Origin: a virus
Taxonomy: Duplodnaviria; Heunggongvirae; Uroviricota; Caudoviricetes
Length of the DNA: 38,814 bases
IMG/VR virus record: IMGVR_UViG_3300031344_000003
Coordinates: 1-38,814 of that record
Direction: 5' to 3' (one strand)
Part shown: positions 1 to 8,383 of the stretch, piece after piece
Position numbering within the stretch: position 1 is the first letter of the stretch
Layout: each line of letters begins with the position of its first letter
Made by a program: the position numbers and the translations under genes
The notes under the pieces: model-generated
Databases searched by the model: none
What the model was told of the DNA's origin: nothing
What the model saw: the letters and a program-made list of their open reading frames with translations, nothing else

Positions 1-1
1 C

Positions 2-106
2 CTCGGTGCATTTGACAAGGGGTTGCTCCGCGCGCGCGCGGATGATACATGGCGACAGCGTTCGCAAACCACTAGGACCGCGGTTGCTCCACGTAGCGTC
101 GAATGA
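2..106 (+). CDS. 3' end of a small protein, paralog of 21525..21818 (partial, runs off left edge)
   Basis: Frame from nt 2 reads LGAFDKGLLRARADD-x12-VAPRSVE*, aligning without gaps to LGAQCKGLLRAHEDD-x12-IAPRVSE in 21525..21818; nt 17-46 match 21699-21728 at 28/30. Confidence 0.8.
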   Translation, partial: LGAFDKGLLRARADDTWRQRSQTTRTAVAPRSVE

Positions 107-112
107 TGGCGC

Positions 113-141
113 CTGAACACTGTGCCCGGTGATGATAAGAT
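113..141 (+). promoter_or_regulatory. sigma70-like promoter, probably leaderless
   Basis: CTGAAC-N17-TAAGAT with extended -10 TGn; ATG 6 nt after the -10; same spacing as 32136..32164. Confidence 0.7.
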
Positions 142-147
142 CAACCC

Positions 148-768
148 ATGTCGTTGACACCTGAGCAGATTGAGCAGAACTGGCTACGCTTTCGGACGTT
201 GTGTGGCAAGTTGGGTGAGCGCTCACCCGCGGTGATGCGGATGGTCGATGAGCTCGATGAGCGGCTGTGCCTGTGCCCGGCGTCGTCGAAGAGGGATTTC
301 CACCACGCATTCCCAGGAGGTTTAATTTCGCACTCATTACGCGTATTGAACAATTTGGTCATTCTCAATAATTCATATGGATGGAATTTGCCTAAGGACA
401 GCATGATTATCGCCGCATTGTTTCACGACATCGGAAAATGTGGGCTACCAGGCACTGATGCGGTGAATGACTTTTATACACCTCAAACAGACGGCTGGCG
501 TGTTGAAAAAATGGGTGAGGAGTACAAGTACAACAACGATCTAGCCTATATGACGACGCCTGATCGAAGTATGTTTATGATGCAACACTACGGTATTCAA
601 CTCTCTATTGATGAATATTTGTCAATCAAATTAAATGATGGCTTTATCGTGCCTGAAAACAAGTCATATGGATTGAAGATTTCTCCACTGGTCTATGGGA
701 CGATGACAGCAGATTATGTCAGTACAATGGAAGAAAAACACGTAGCATATTGGCCGTCTGAACAATGA
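148..768 (+). CDS. HD-domain phosphohydrolase
   Basis: HHAFPGGLISHSLRV ... LFHDIGK HD signature. Confidence 0.85.
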   Translation: MSLTPEQIEQNWLRFRTLCGKLGERSPAVMRMVDELDERLCLCPASSKRDFHHAFPGGLISHSLRVLNNLVILNNSYGWNLPKDSMIIAALFHDIGKCGLPGTDAVNDFYTPQTDGWRVEKMGEEYKYNNDLAYMTTPDRSMFMMQHYGIQLSIDEYLSIKLNDGFIVPENKSYGLKISPLVYGTMTADYVSTMEEKHVAYWPSEQ

Positions 769-1673
769 CAAAGTCACTTCAATATGAAGTGTACTGTTAC
801 AGTTGTCATTGCGCACGATGCACGTGGCGCGATATCTACGTCGGTAAGGCTAAATATGGCACCAATGATCGGCACCATACGCACGTAGTCGTTGCTCGTC
901 GAATATTGTCAGGGCGCGGCACTAAAAAAGACCTGAAGTTTGATTACTTCATGGCAAAGCACGGGATTGATAATCTTCATGTAAGAACTTTGATCACGTG
1001 TTCATCTGAAGACGAAATGAATGACCAAGAGATTAAGATGATTGTTGAAAAAAAGACGTTCCACGAGTTTGGTGGAATGAATTTTGATCGTGGTGGTCGT
1101 GGCGGGCGTAGAAAGGGAGTTTATACACCTACGCCTGAGACGCGTGTTAACGCTAGCATTGCACAAAAGAAAGCTCATGAAGCTGATCCCACATTGCGAT
1201 ACAGAGCAACGCGTGGTTTAATAGAAGGTGGAAAAGTGTGGCGTGAAGCAAATCCTGATGCGATGAAAGGTGTTGTTGAACGTGGGTGGGAAACAATTCA
1301 TAAGCAACTTGAAACTGATCCTGAGTATGCTGAACAATTCACAGCCATGCACATGGAGAAGTCGCGCAAGGGTGGCGATGCGTTCTTGGTTAAACACGCC
1401 AATCCAGAATTTGCAGATGATTTTGCAAAAAAGTGTGGTGATGGCGTAAGTGCTTGGTGTAAGGCAAACCCAGAAAGTGTCAAGCTACGTGCACAACGCG
1501 CCGCGGGAACTAAAGCTGCTAATGGTACTGGGATTAAAGCTGCTCGCGCCACAGCGCAAAAAACGCCTAAATCAGAGTACACACGTCGTGGACTAAAAGG
1601 GTGGGAGTTACGACGTCAAAGGCAATTTCGCCAAAAATCTCACTCATGGCTTACGAGAGAAAAGGCAGAGTGA
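765..1673 (+). CDS. free-standing GIY-YIG-like homing endonuclease
   Basis: YEVYCY...IYVGK..R, E..E..MI, MNFDRGGRGG, then a basic helical tail; AT-richer than neighbours; ATGA overlap with HD gene. Confidence 0.75.
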   Translation: MTKSLQYEVYCYSCHCARCTWRDIYVGKAKYGTNDRHHTHVVVARRILSGRGTKKDLKFDYFMAKHGIDNLHVRTLITCSSEDEMNDQEIKMIVEKKTFHEFGGMNFDRGGRGGRRKGVYTPTPETRVNASIAQKKAHEADPTLRYRATRGLIEGGKVWREANPDAMKGVVERGWETIHKQLETDPEYAEQFTAMHMEKSRKGGDAFLVKHANPEFADDFAKKCGDGVSAWCKANPESVKLRAQRAAGTKAANGTGIKAARATAQKTPKSEYTRRGLKGWELRRQRQFRQKSHSWLTREKAE

Positions 1674-1975
1674 TGACTTCACTCATTGTTCCCGGCGATG
1701 TTGTTTCCCTCAAAGGCACAAGCGGGGGTATGTCGCGTCAACACCTGTATTCGACACCGGGTATCGATGCTATCGCCGACGTAAGTGATGATGGGGTGTT
1801 GTTCGTTGTGTCTACCCTTGAGGTCAAGGACGCATACAAGAGGAGCGGCATACTTCGCAGCGAGTTCTTCTTCTACGTTCTCATCATGTCGGGTCACATT
1901 AGTGGCCATATGGCCGGGTGGATCACTGCTGGTCGAGTGGTGAAGTTGTGGAGTGCACATGAAGCAGTTGCCTGA
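1673..1975 (+). CDS. hypothetical small protein (PGD-x-V N-terminus, SH3/KOW-like)
   Basis: TGATG overlap with upstream stop; MTSLIVPGDVVSLKG...GWI. Confidence 0.6.
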   Translation: MTSLIVPGDVVSLKGTSGGMSRQHLYSTPGIDAIADVSDDGVLFVVSTLEVKDAYKRSGILRSEFFFYVLIMSGHISGHMAGWITAGRVVKLWSAHEAVA

Positions 1976-2135
1976 TGACAAGACCTATGCGTGTCCCAAG
2001 TGCGCGGGACCTACCACTAAGTTGAAGGGCTTTGCATGCTACTGGTGCCGACCCTGTGACCACGTCATTGATCTGTGGTATACCGATGATCTCGTGGTCA
2101 TTGATGCGTCAAAGTCACCCGTCAAGCCTATTTAG
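1959..2135 (+). CDS. small zinc-ribbon protein
   Basis: CPKC...WCRPC; fills the gap between neighbours. Confidence 0.55.
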   Translation: MKQLPDDKTYACPKCAGPTTKLKGFACYWCRPCDHVIDLWYTDDLVVIDASKSPVKPI

Positions 2136-2138
2136 AAC

Positions 2139-2363
2139 ATGAGCAATTCACTGCTCGAAAAGTACATCAGGTTGATGGTTCAAGAGGCACATGATGCCCG
2201 GGTACCCAATCAATTGGTCGGTGACTCGGGTGATGAGGGCGAACAGGTTGAAGTGGATGAGGCATCGGTGGTTGGCGGCATAGCAGGCTACACTGCACCT
2301 CTCGGCATGGATCCAGACAAACTAGGACGTAGGAAGAACGCATCCAAGCGGAAGCGCAAGTAA
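2139..2363 (+). CDS. hypothetical protein, possibly virion-associated
   Basis: MSNSLLEKYIRLMVQE leader variant; preceded by CCTATTTA motif 4 nt upstream of ATG. Confidence 0.7.
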   Translation: MSNSLLEKYIRLMVQEAHDARVPNQLVGDSGDEGEQVEVDEASVVGGIAGYTAPLGMDPDKLGRRKNASKRKRK

Positions 2364-2388
2364 TTCAGCACAAAGCGGTAACAGGAAC

Positions 2389-2414
2389 GGTGGCGCAGAA
2401 CAATCTGCGCCACC
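2389..2414. terminator. perfect 11-bp hairpin (terminator or processing site)
   Basis: GGTGGCGCAGA-ACAA-TCTGCGCCACC; no strong U tract. Confidence 0.5.
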
Positions 2415-2416
2415 CC

Positions 2417-2445
2417 TTGAACAAGGCAACGGACGAAGGTATGAT
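2417..2445 (+). promoter_or_regulatory. sigma70-like promoter (leadered)
   Basis: TTGAAC-N17-TATGAT. Confidence 0.7.
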
Positions 2446-2490
2446 CCAATGGTAGGTGCACTGATGCACTCACATAGTGGTTCATTCTGA

Positions 2491-2507
2491 GGTAGTAGGA
2501 AAGAGGA
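2491..2507 (+). repeat. direct repeat copy 1 (ribosome-binding region), copy 2 at 3670..3686
   Basis: GGTAGTAGGAAAGAGGA vs GGTAATAGGAAAGAGGA, 16/17 identical. Confidence 0.75.
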
Positions 2508-2513
2508 TAGAAA

Positions 2514-2738
2514 ATGGCACAGGAATTCAATCCCGGTGATCAAGTTAAACACTTGTCAGGTGGACCTGTAATGACGGTTGACTATTGCAACGGCACCGCA
2601 GCTACTTGTTCATGGTTCGATCATAAAAGTGGTAAGTTTGAAACAGCGACACTCAGGAAAATAGCTCTCAAACTTCATGTGGAAGAGCATCAACCTGTCG
2701 TCCTACAAGACGACGGATACAAGTGGCCGACGGACTAA
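2514..2738 (+). CDS. YodC/DUF2158-like small protein
   Basis: FNPGDQVKHLSGGPVMTV...CSWFD matches the family pattern; strong SD. Confidence 0.75.
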   Translation: MAQEFNPGDQVKHLSGGPVMTVDYCNGTAATCSWFDHKSGKFETATLRKIALKLHVEEHQPVVLQDDGYKWPTD

Positions 2739-2741
2739 TCG

Positions 2742-3674
2742 GTGCTGATTACCAAGCTTTCCGCCACGCGTGCACTATGTGCGTGTGATGTTTGTGGCAC
2801 AGAAATTGTTCGTTCATTCAACCGTATGGGTGAACTGCAATTCTGTACACGTGCATGCATGACTTCAGCGCGGAAAGCTGGTGGTGTTCTACAACGGAAG
2901 ACCGAAGCTACAGCACTTACAAAGTACGGTGTCACGAACGTAGCAAAATCAGTTCTCATCAAGGAACAGACGAAGCAAACGTGCATGGTGCGCTATGGTG
3001 TCTCAGCACCTGTGTTATCGCCTGAGATTGATGCCAAACGTCGCAAGACGCTTGAAGAGCGGTATGGTGTTGATCAGACGTTCAAGTCTACTGATGTGCG
3101 TGCCAAGTCTCGTGATACCAAACTTGAACGGTATGGTGAGGAATGGCCTGCTAAATTAGACGCCACGAAGCAAAAAGTGATAGAGACGAACATGGAGCGT
3201 TACGGCGTTCCAAGTCCCTTTAGTCTCGGATCACCCTTTCGCAGCGCTGATGATTGTAGTAAAGGGGGACAGGTTAGCTATCGTGCTCAAGGACTTAAGG
3301 CGGGTGGCGAAGGGTTCTTATCGAAACCTGAACTTCAGTTACGTGATCTATTGGTTGAACAGTTCGGCGTTGAAGATGTTGATCAACAAGTTGTGGTGCA
3401 ACACGGCGTTCGAAAACCTTGGTTGATCGACTTCTATGTCAAGTCAATTGACACCTACGTGCAATCAGACGGCGTCTATTGGCATGGGCTTGATAGGGCA
3501 TATAATGAACTGCATCCGGATGCACAGAAGACGTATGATCACGATAGACAGCAAGATCAATGGTTCGTGAACAATGGACGACGTCTGATTAGGATTACTG
3601 ACAAGCAAGTGAAAGAGTGGATGAAGACGGGATCCGCGTCAGATGCGCTGAAGCAGATTCTTCTTCAACGGTAA
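2742..3674 (+). CDS. free-standing endonuclease: Zn finger, RYG repeats, DUF559/Vsr-like PD-(D/E)xK domain
   Basis: CDVCG/FCTRAC; five [KR]YG[VE] repeats; C-terminal KPE...IDFYV...DGVYWHG. Confidence 0.7.
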   Translation: MLITKLSATRALCACDVCGTEIVRSFNRMGELQFCTRACMTSARKAGGVLQRKTEATALTKYGVTNVAKSVLIKEQTKQTCMVRYGVSAPVLSPEIDAKRRKTLEERYGVDQTFKSTDVRAKSRDTKLERYGEEWPAKLDATKQKVIETNMERYGVPSPFSLGSPFRSADDCSKGGQVSYRAQGLKAGGEGFLSKPELQLRDLLVEQFGVEDVDQQVVVQHGVRKPWLIDFYVKSIDTYVQSDGVYWHGLDRAYNELHPDAQKTYDHDRQQDQWFVNNGRRLIRITDKQVKEWMKTGSASDALKQILLQR

Positions 3675-3686
3675 TAGGAAAGAGGA
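3670..3686 (+). repeat. direct repeat copy 2 (SSB ribosome-binding region)
   Basis: See 2491..2507. Confidence 0.75.
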
Positions 3687-3694
3687 ATAGGAAC

Positions 3695-4621
3695 ATGGTA
3701 GATCTCGAGGCGATTCGTCGCAAAGTCGCGCAGCTCAACGGCGAGCGCAAGAATTCAAACGTCCAGCTGTGGAAGCCCGCCCCGGGCGAGTACAAGGTCA
3801 GGGGACTGCCGTGGAAGCCCGGCACCGCGACCGCTGATTCCCCCTTCATTGAGCGCCAGTTCTACTACTTGGGCGATCAACCCCGGATCCTGGCCCCTCG
3901 CCAGTTCAACAAGCCCGATCCCATCAATTCGCTGATCACCAAGCTGTTCCGCTCTGGCAACCCCGATGACCGCGAGAACGCCAAGAAGCTGATGCCCAAG
4001 ATGGTCGCCTACATGCCCCTCATCGTCCGCGGTGAAGAGGACAAGGGCGTGCAGGTGTGGTCGCTCAACAAGCTCGTCTACAAGGACCTGCTGGCGCTGT
4101 TCACCAATACCGAACTGTCGGATGATGGCAGCCTCATTGACTTTCTCGACCCGGTCGATGGCATTGATCTCAAGGTGACGATCACCAAGTCGCCCAAAAA
4201 GTTCAACGGGCGTGACGTGATGGACGTCAAGATCGGCGCCGTCCGCAAGCAGAGCAAGTTGTCGAACGACGACGCGCAGGCCAAGAAGTGGCTCGACAAC
4301 CTCCCCAACGTCGACGACATGTTCCCGACCAAGACGACGGCCGAGATTGAAGCGGCGCTCAACGCTTACCTGTCGGGTGATTCACCTGACGCTGACGGTT
4401 CAAGCCGTGGCACTAAACCTCAGGACGAACTCGACAAGTTGGCCGATGATGTCAAGGCCGAAGTCAAGGCGCCCGCGACCGAAGCAGCGAAGGCGCCAAA
4501 GGCAGCGCCCGCCGCGAAGAAGGCCCCTGCCAAGAAGGCCGAAGTTGATGACGACGCTCCCGCTGAAAAAGTGTCGCTCGATGATGCCTTTGCATCGTTG
4601 ATCAACGACAACGACGAGTAA
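3695..4621 (+). CDS. phage gp32-like single-stranded DNA-binding protein
   Basis: LWKP..GEY.VR.LP, DPI, IVRGEEDKGV..W, DP..G.DL; Ala/Lys-rich linker and acidic tail; SD upstream of ATG 3695 (earlier start in ORF track rejected). Confidence 0.85.
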   Translation: MVDLEAIRRKVAQLNGERKNSNVQLWKPAPGEYKVRGLPWKPGTATADSPFIERQFYYLGDQPRILAPRQFNKPDPINSLITKLFRSGNPDDRENAKKLMPKMVAYMPLIVRGEEDKGVQVWSLNKLVYKDLLALFTNTELSDDGSLIDFLDPVDGIDLKVTITKSPKKFNGRDVMDVKIGAVRKQSKLSNDDAQAKKWLDNLPNVDDMFPTKTTAEIEAALNAYLSGDSPDADGSSRGTKPQDELDKLADDVKAEVKAPATEAAKAPKAAPAAKKAPAKKAEVDDDAPAEKVSLDDAFASLINDNDE

Positions 4622-4630
4622 CAACAGATC

Positions 4631-4650
4631 GGCGAGGGTCCTTCCTCGCC
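4631..4650 (+). terminator. 7-8 bp hairpin downstream of SSB
   Basis: GGCGAGG-GTCCTT-CCTCGCC followed by TT. Confidence 0.4.
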
Positions 4651-4742
4651 TTGCGAGCCAGGTGTAAAGGTGCACAGTCGGCTACCCGCCGGCAGGGCTA
4701 GGTTCAATGCCTAGGGTTTCGCTCGAAGAAAGGCAGTGCCAT

Positions 4743-5939
4743 ATGGCGAAAAAAGTCGAGGCTCAAGATCCCAAAGCTAGCAGTGCTGACGTCGACGACT
4801 TCACGTCGCAATTGATCAAAGACATCAATAAGGAAATGGGTCTTCGTGTGGCCTATAACCTCAATGAGGCTACGGCACCGACGATCGTCAAAAGGTGGAT
4901 CCCGACTGGCTCACTTCAACTCGATTATGCGATCAGGAATTGTGCTGGCGGTGGTTATCCTGAAGGTCGCATCATTGAGATTGCAGGGACGCCGTCTGTC
5001 GGAAAGTCGCACTTGGCCTACCACGTCGCCGCCAACGTGCAGGCGATGGGCGGATTGGTCGTCTACATTGACACCGAGAACGCAACCCCCGTTGACAAGC
5101 TGAAACACATGGGGATTGACGTTCGTAAGCGTTTCGTGTATTGTGATGAGCATGCAACGGAGAACGTCTTCAAGATCATTGAATCGATCATCCTTAAGGC
5201 AAAGACGTTGCCCGCGACCAAGGACATCCCGATTGTCGTGATTTGGGATTCGATTGCTGCCACATCGCCGCTAGCCGAATTGAACGGTGAGTATGAGGAC
5301 AATACCATAGGGTTGCAAGCACGCGTCATCAGTAAGGGGATGAGGAAGATCACTGGCGTCATAGGGCAAAACAATGTGACGTTGTTGTGCTTGAATCAGC
5401 TACGTGATGCCATAGGCGTGATCCATGGTGATCCTCAGGTGACACCCGGGGGAAAAGCAGTGCCATTTCATGCATCAGTTCGTATACGACTTAGCTCTGG
5501 CACGCAAGTCAAGGACAGCAAAGGCAACACGATCGGCATCCACGTCATTGCCACAATCAAGAAGAACAAGGTTGCACCACCTTTTAGGAAGCATGAGTTC
5601 GACATCATCTTTGGTGTTGGGATCGTTGAACACGAGTACATCTTTGATGAAGTCAGAGCATACTGTGCTGACAACAAGGTGTTTGCAGCGTCAGGTGACA
5701 AGCAAGTAGAGATCAAGATCTCTGGAGCGAGTTCATGGAAGGAACTTATTGTCAGCGATGCTAAGACTGGTGAGGTCATCCTCGAGAAGAAGTTCTATAA
5801 GAGTGACTTCGGTGACCTAATGAAGGACTCGCAGTATAAACCATTCATTGATAAGGTGATCGAGGCAACTTACATGACTGTTTCTGGTGAGAAAGCCGAA
5901 GAAGGTGAGACGCCTGTTGACGATGAAGAGGCGGCCTGA
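4743..5939 (+). CDS. recA: RecA/UvsX-family recombinase
   Basis: IPTGSLQLD, GRIIEIAG..SVGKS (Walker A), YIDTE, IWDSIAA, GGKAVPFHASVR, KNKVAPPF; ATG 4743 has an AAAGG SD. Confidence 0.95.
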   Translation: MAKKVEAQDPKASSADVDDFTSQLIKDINKEMGLRVAYNLNEATAPTIVKRWIPTGSLQLDYAIRNCAGGGYPEGRIIEIAGTPSVGKSHLAYHVAANVQAMGGLVVYIDTENATPVDKLKHMGIDVRKRFVYCDEHATENVFKIIESIILKAKTLPATKDIPIVVIWDSIAATSPLAELNGEYEDNTIGLQARVISKGMRKITGVIGQNNVTLLCLNQLRDAIGVIHGDPQVTPGGKAVPFHASVRIRLSSGTQVKDSKGNTIGIHVIATIKKNKVAPPFRKHEFDIIFGVGIVEHEYIFDEVRAYCADNKVFAASGDKQVEIKISGASSWKELIVSDAKTGEVILEKKFYKSDFGDLMKDSQYKPFIDKVIEATYMTVSGEKAEEGETPVDDEEAA

Positions 5940-6739
5940 TGGTAGAGCGCATGGTGTGTCATCGAACCATGACGATGGTGACCAATACACATTTGAAGCG
6001 TCATGCACTGTCGGTCGACGAATACAGGAAGAAATTCCCGGGTGTCACACTAGGAAGCACGCCATGGCTTGAGACCTGGCGCAATAGTGAGAAGAACAAG
6101 CAATACGCTCGTGATCTACTGGTTCACATCGGCCAAGATGAAGAGTTGCAAACGCGTCGGAAGGCTAGCGTAAAGACTGCGTGGAAGAATGTTGATCTAC
6201 TCAAGCGCCACTCTGACACAATGAAATCAGTAGTTCTCATGAATGAAACATACGCAGCACACCTGAGAAACAAGCCAGTCACGGATCGCATGCGCATGTC
6301 GAACTTCGATAGGTGGGTGATCGATCATGGGTACTCCGAAGCTGTTATTCGTCAGCAGGAATGGCAGAAGAACAATGTACTGCCCACGTCGTCAAGGGAC
6401 ACGAAGATAGAACTTCGTGTGCGTGATCTACTAGATGAGTTGGGACACATGTATCTGACACAGTTTGCCGTGCTTCACTACAGGTGTGATGTGTATGTTC
6501 CCGCGTTGAACCTTATCATTGAAGCGAACGGTGATTACTGGCACGCTAACCCAACAAAGCATGCACCAGACGATCTCATTGGTCCGTCACGCTCGTCAGC
6601 AGCGTCTATTTGGGAGCGTGATGTACATAGGGTACATGCATTGAGAAACATGGGGTTCACCGTTCTTATGTTATGGGAGAGTGACATCAAGTCATTGAGT
6701 GCGGAGAGATTAATGGCGTTGATGAAGGAGTGTAACTGA
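5939..6739 (+). CDS. free-standing Vsr/DUF559-like endonuclease with degenerate N-terminal Zn-finger-like segment
   Basis: HLKRH..S.DEY...FPG; TKIE...IIEANGDYWHANP...LWESDI; TGATG overlap with recA. Confidence 0.7.
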   Translation: MVERMVCHRTMTMVTNTHLKRHALSVDEYRKKFPGVTLGSTPWLETWRNSEKNKQYARDLLVHIGQDEELQTRRKASVKTAWKNVDLLKRHSDTMKSVVLMNETYAAHLRNKPVTDRMRMSNFDRWVIDHGYSEAVIRQQEWQKNNVLPTSSRDTKIELRVRDLLDELGHMYLTQFAVLHYRCDVYVPALNLIIEANGDYWHANPTKHAPDDLIGPSRSSAASIWERDVHRVHALRNMGFTVLMLWESDIKSLSAERLMALMKECN

Positions 6740-7146
6740 TGGACACTCACGTGCAGTGGGCGATCTCTGCCGATGTTGAGGGCTTGGTCAAGGTGATCAC
6801 CGATTGTAGAAAGCAGTTGATCGACATTGCCAAGCGTAAGCACAACAAGTCTCGCGTCACCGTCGTGGCGTGCGATGCCTATGCAGATCCCAAGGTCGTT
6901 GAATTGCTACGCCTGAGTGAGGCGTGGATCGGTGCTGACCCACTACCCGCCGTCATCAACAAGCGGACGGGTGAGGAACAGGTTGAGTTGTCGGAGCGTG
7001 TCGCCACATTTGACTCCTTTCAACTGCACACCCACCCGATCATGGGTGAGCGCGACATCAGGTTGATCATGGAACTTGGAGTGGGTGACGACCGCGATCA
7101 GCTCTTTTTCGGCAATATTGCACTGACAGACGGAACGACGCCATGA
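6739..7146 (+). CDS. hypothetical protein
   Basis: TGATG coupling; codon usage like core genes. Confidence 0.65.
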   Translation: MDTHVQWAISADVEGLVKVITDCRKQLIDIAKRKHNKSRVTVVACDAYADPKVVELLRLSEAWIGADPLPAVINKRTGEEQVELSERVATFDSFQLHTHPIMGERDIRLIMELGVGDDRDQLFFGNIALTDGTTP

Positions 7147-7376
7147 AGAATGCACTGATCTTTCTGGAGCTATTGACCAAGCAGTTCCCGCCACTGGCCC
7201 GTCATGCCCACTCGTTGACCCTGCACCGTGGCAAGTTGATGGTGGCCTTGGTCAACACAGCGCCGTGTTCCACGTTCATCCTCAACGCTGCAGACCTGGA
7301 GCACGACCCTGCCAAACTGGTCAGGGAGATCGTGGGCCTGATGTCGAAAGAAGATCAACCGAAGCAGCCGGCCTGA
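7143..7376 (+). CDS. hypothetical protein
   Basis: ATGA coupling. Confidence 0.65.
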   Translation: MKNALIFLELLTKQFPPLARHAHSLTLHRGKLMVALVNTAPCSTFILNAADLEHDPAKLVREIVGLMSKEDQPKQPA

Positions 7377-7401
7377 ACTGTGTGCCCGTGAGGGGTACAG
7401 T
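7373..7401 (+). promoter_or_regulatory. sigma70-like promoter, probably leaderless
   Basis: CTGAAC-N17-TACAGT-N7-ATG; -35 contains the upstream TGA stop. Confidence 0.7.
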
Positions 7402-7408
7402 GATAGAC

Positions 7409-8383
7409 ATGTCAAGTGATCGTCCTATCCTGATTGTGGATGCAATGAATCTGTTCGTCAGGAGTTGGGCCGCTTATCCGACCATGTCGAGCCATGGATA
7501 CCAGATGGGCGGTTGCATCGGCTTTCTGAAGACGTTGAAGCGCATTGTCAATGAAGTGCAGCCCCGGGCCGTCTATGTCTGTTGGGAGTCAGGAGGTAGC
7601 TCACGCCGTCGCAAGTTGTTCGCCGAATACAAGCTCAACCGCAAACCTGGTAAGCTCAATCGCTTCTATGAAGACGACATTCCTGACACCGAAGAGAACA
7701 GGCGCCACCAACTCGAGGCACTGGTCTACATGTCAAAGTGTGCGCCCTTCTGCCAGTTATTCGTGCAGGACTGTGAGGGAGATGACCTCGTCGCCTACCT
7801 GTGTTGCGGGCCCCTGCGCGGCGACGACAAGGTCATCGTGTCGTCCGATAAGGACCTCTACCAGCTGCTCGACGATCGGACGAAGTTGTACAGCCTTCAC
7901 AAGAAGACCTACGTCACTAAGGCCGATGTCATGGAGGAATTTAGAGTACAGTCAAAGCACTTCGCGTTGGCCAAGGCACTGTGCGGTGACAATGGTGACA
8001 ACGTGCCTGGCATCAAGGGCTTGGGTTTCAAGACGGTGGCCAAGCTGTTCCCAATGTTGGGCCTCGATGATGACTTGTTGTTGCAGGACATCATCGACTA
8101 CGCTCATACCCACGTCGATGAGTCGAAGATCTTTCAACGCATCGTCGAACAAGCGGACGATGTGAGGCGCAATTGGAGACTAGTGTTCTTAGACGGCAGC
8201 ATGTTGTCGGCGACACAGCAGGCGGCGATAGACCAGCGATTGCAGAACTTCGTGCCTAGGCCTGATAGGATTGGGTTGGTCAGGCGCCTCATCAATGAGG
8301 GCATCGGTGACTTTGCCGTTGAGGACTTTTTTGGTGCGTTCAATTGCATTGAGAACACGCAACACAAGACGGGAGACGAGTGA
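7409..8383 (+). CDS. 5'-3' exonuclease / T4 RNase H-like flap nuclease
   Basis: ILIVDAMN, EYK.NRK, EGDD, SSDKDLYQL, GDNGDNVPGIKGLG.KT. Confidence 0.92.
   Translation: MSSDRPILIVDAMNLFVRSWAAYPTMSSHGYQMGGCIGFLKTLKRIVNEVQPRAVYVCWESGGSSRRRKLFAEYKLNRKPGKLNRFYEDDIPDTEENRRHQLEALVYMSKCAPFCQLFVQDCEGDDLVAYLCCGPLRGDDKVIVSSDKDLYQLLDDRTKLYSLHKKTYVTKADVMEEFRVQSKHFALAKALCGDNGDNVPGIKGLGFKTVAKLFPMLGLDDDLLLQDIIDYAHTHVDESKIFQRIVEQADDVRRNWRLVFLDGSMLSATQQAAIDQRLQNFVPRPDRIGLVRRLINEGIGDFAVEDFFGAFNCIENTQHKTGDE

Noticed and set aside
30-40. (CG)n run as a Z-DNA or regulatory element
   Set aside because: Explained as coding sequence (CGC GCG CGC GCG) of the partial paralog at 2..106.
148-768. DatZ-like dATPase implying a 2-aminoadenine genome
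   Set aside because: HD motif alone is not specific; no PurZ is visible in the window and adenine methyltransferases are present.
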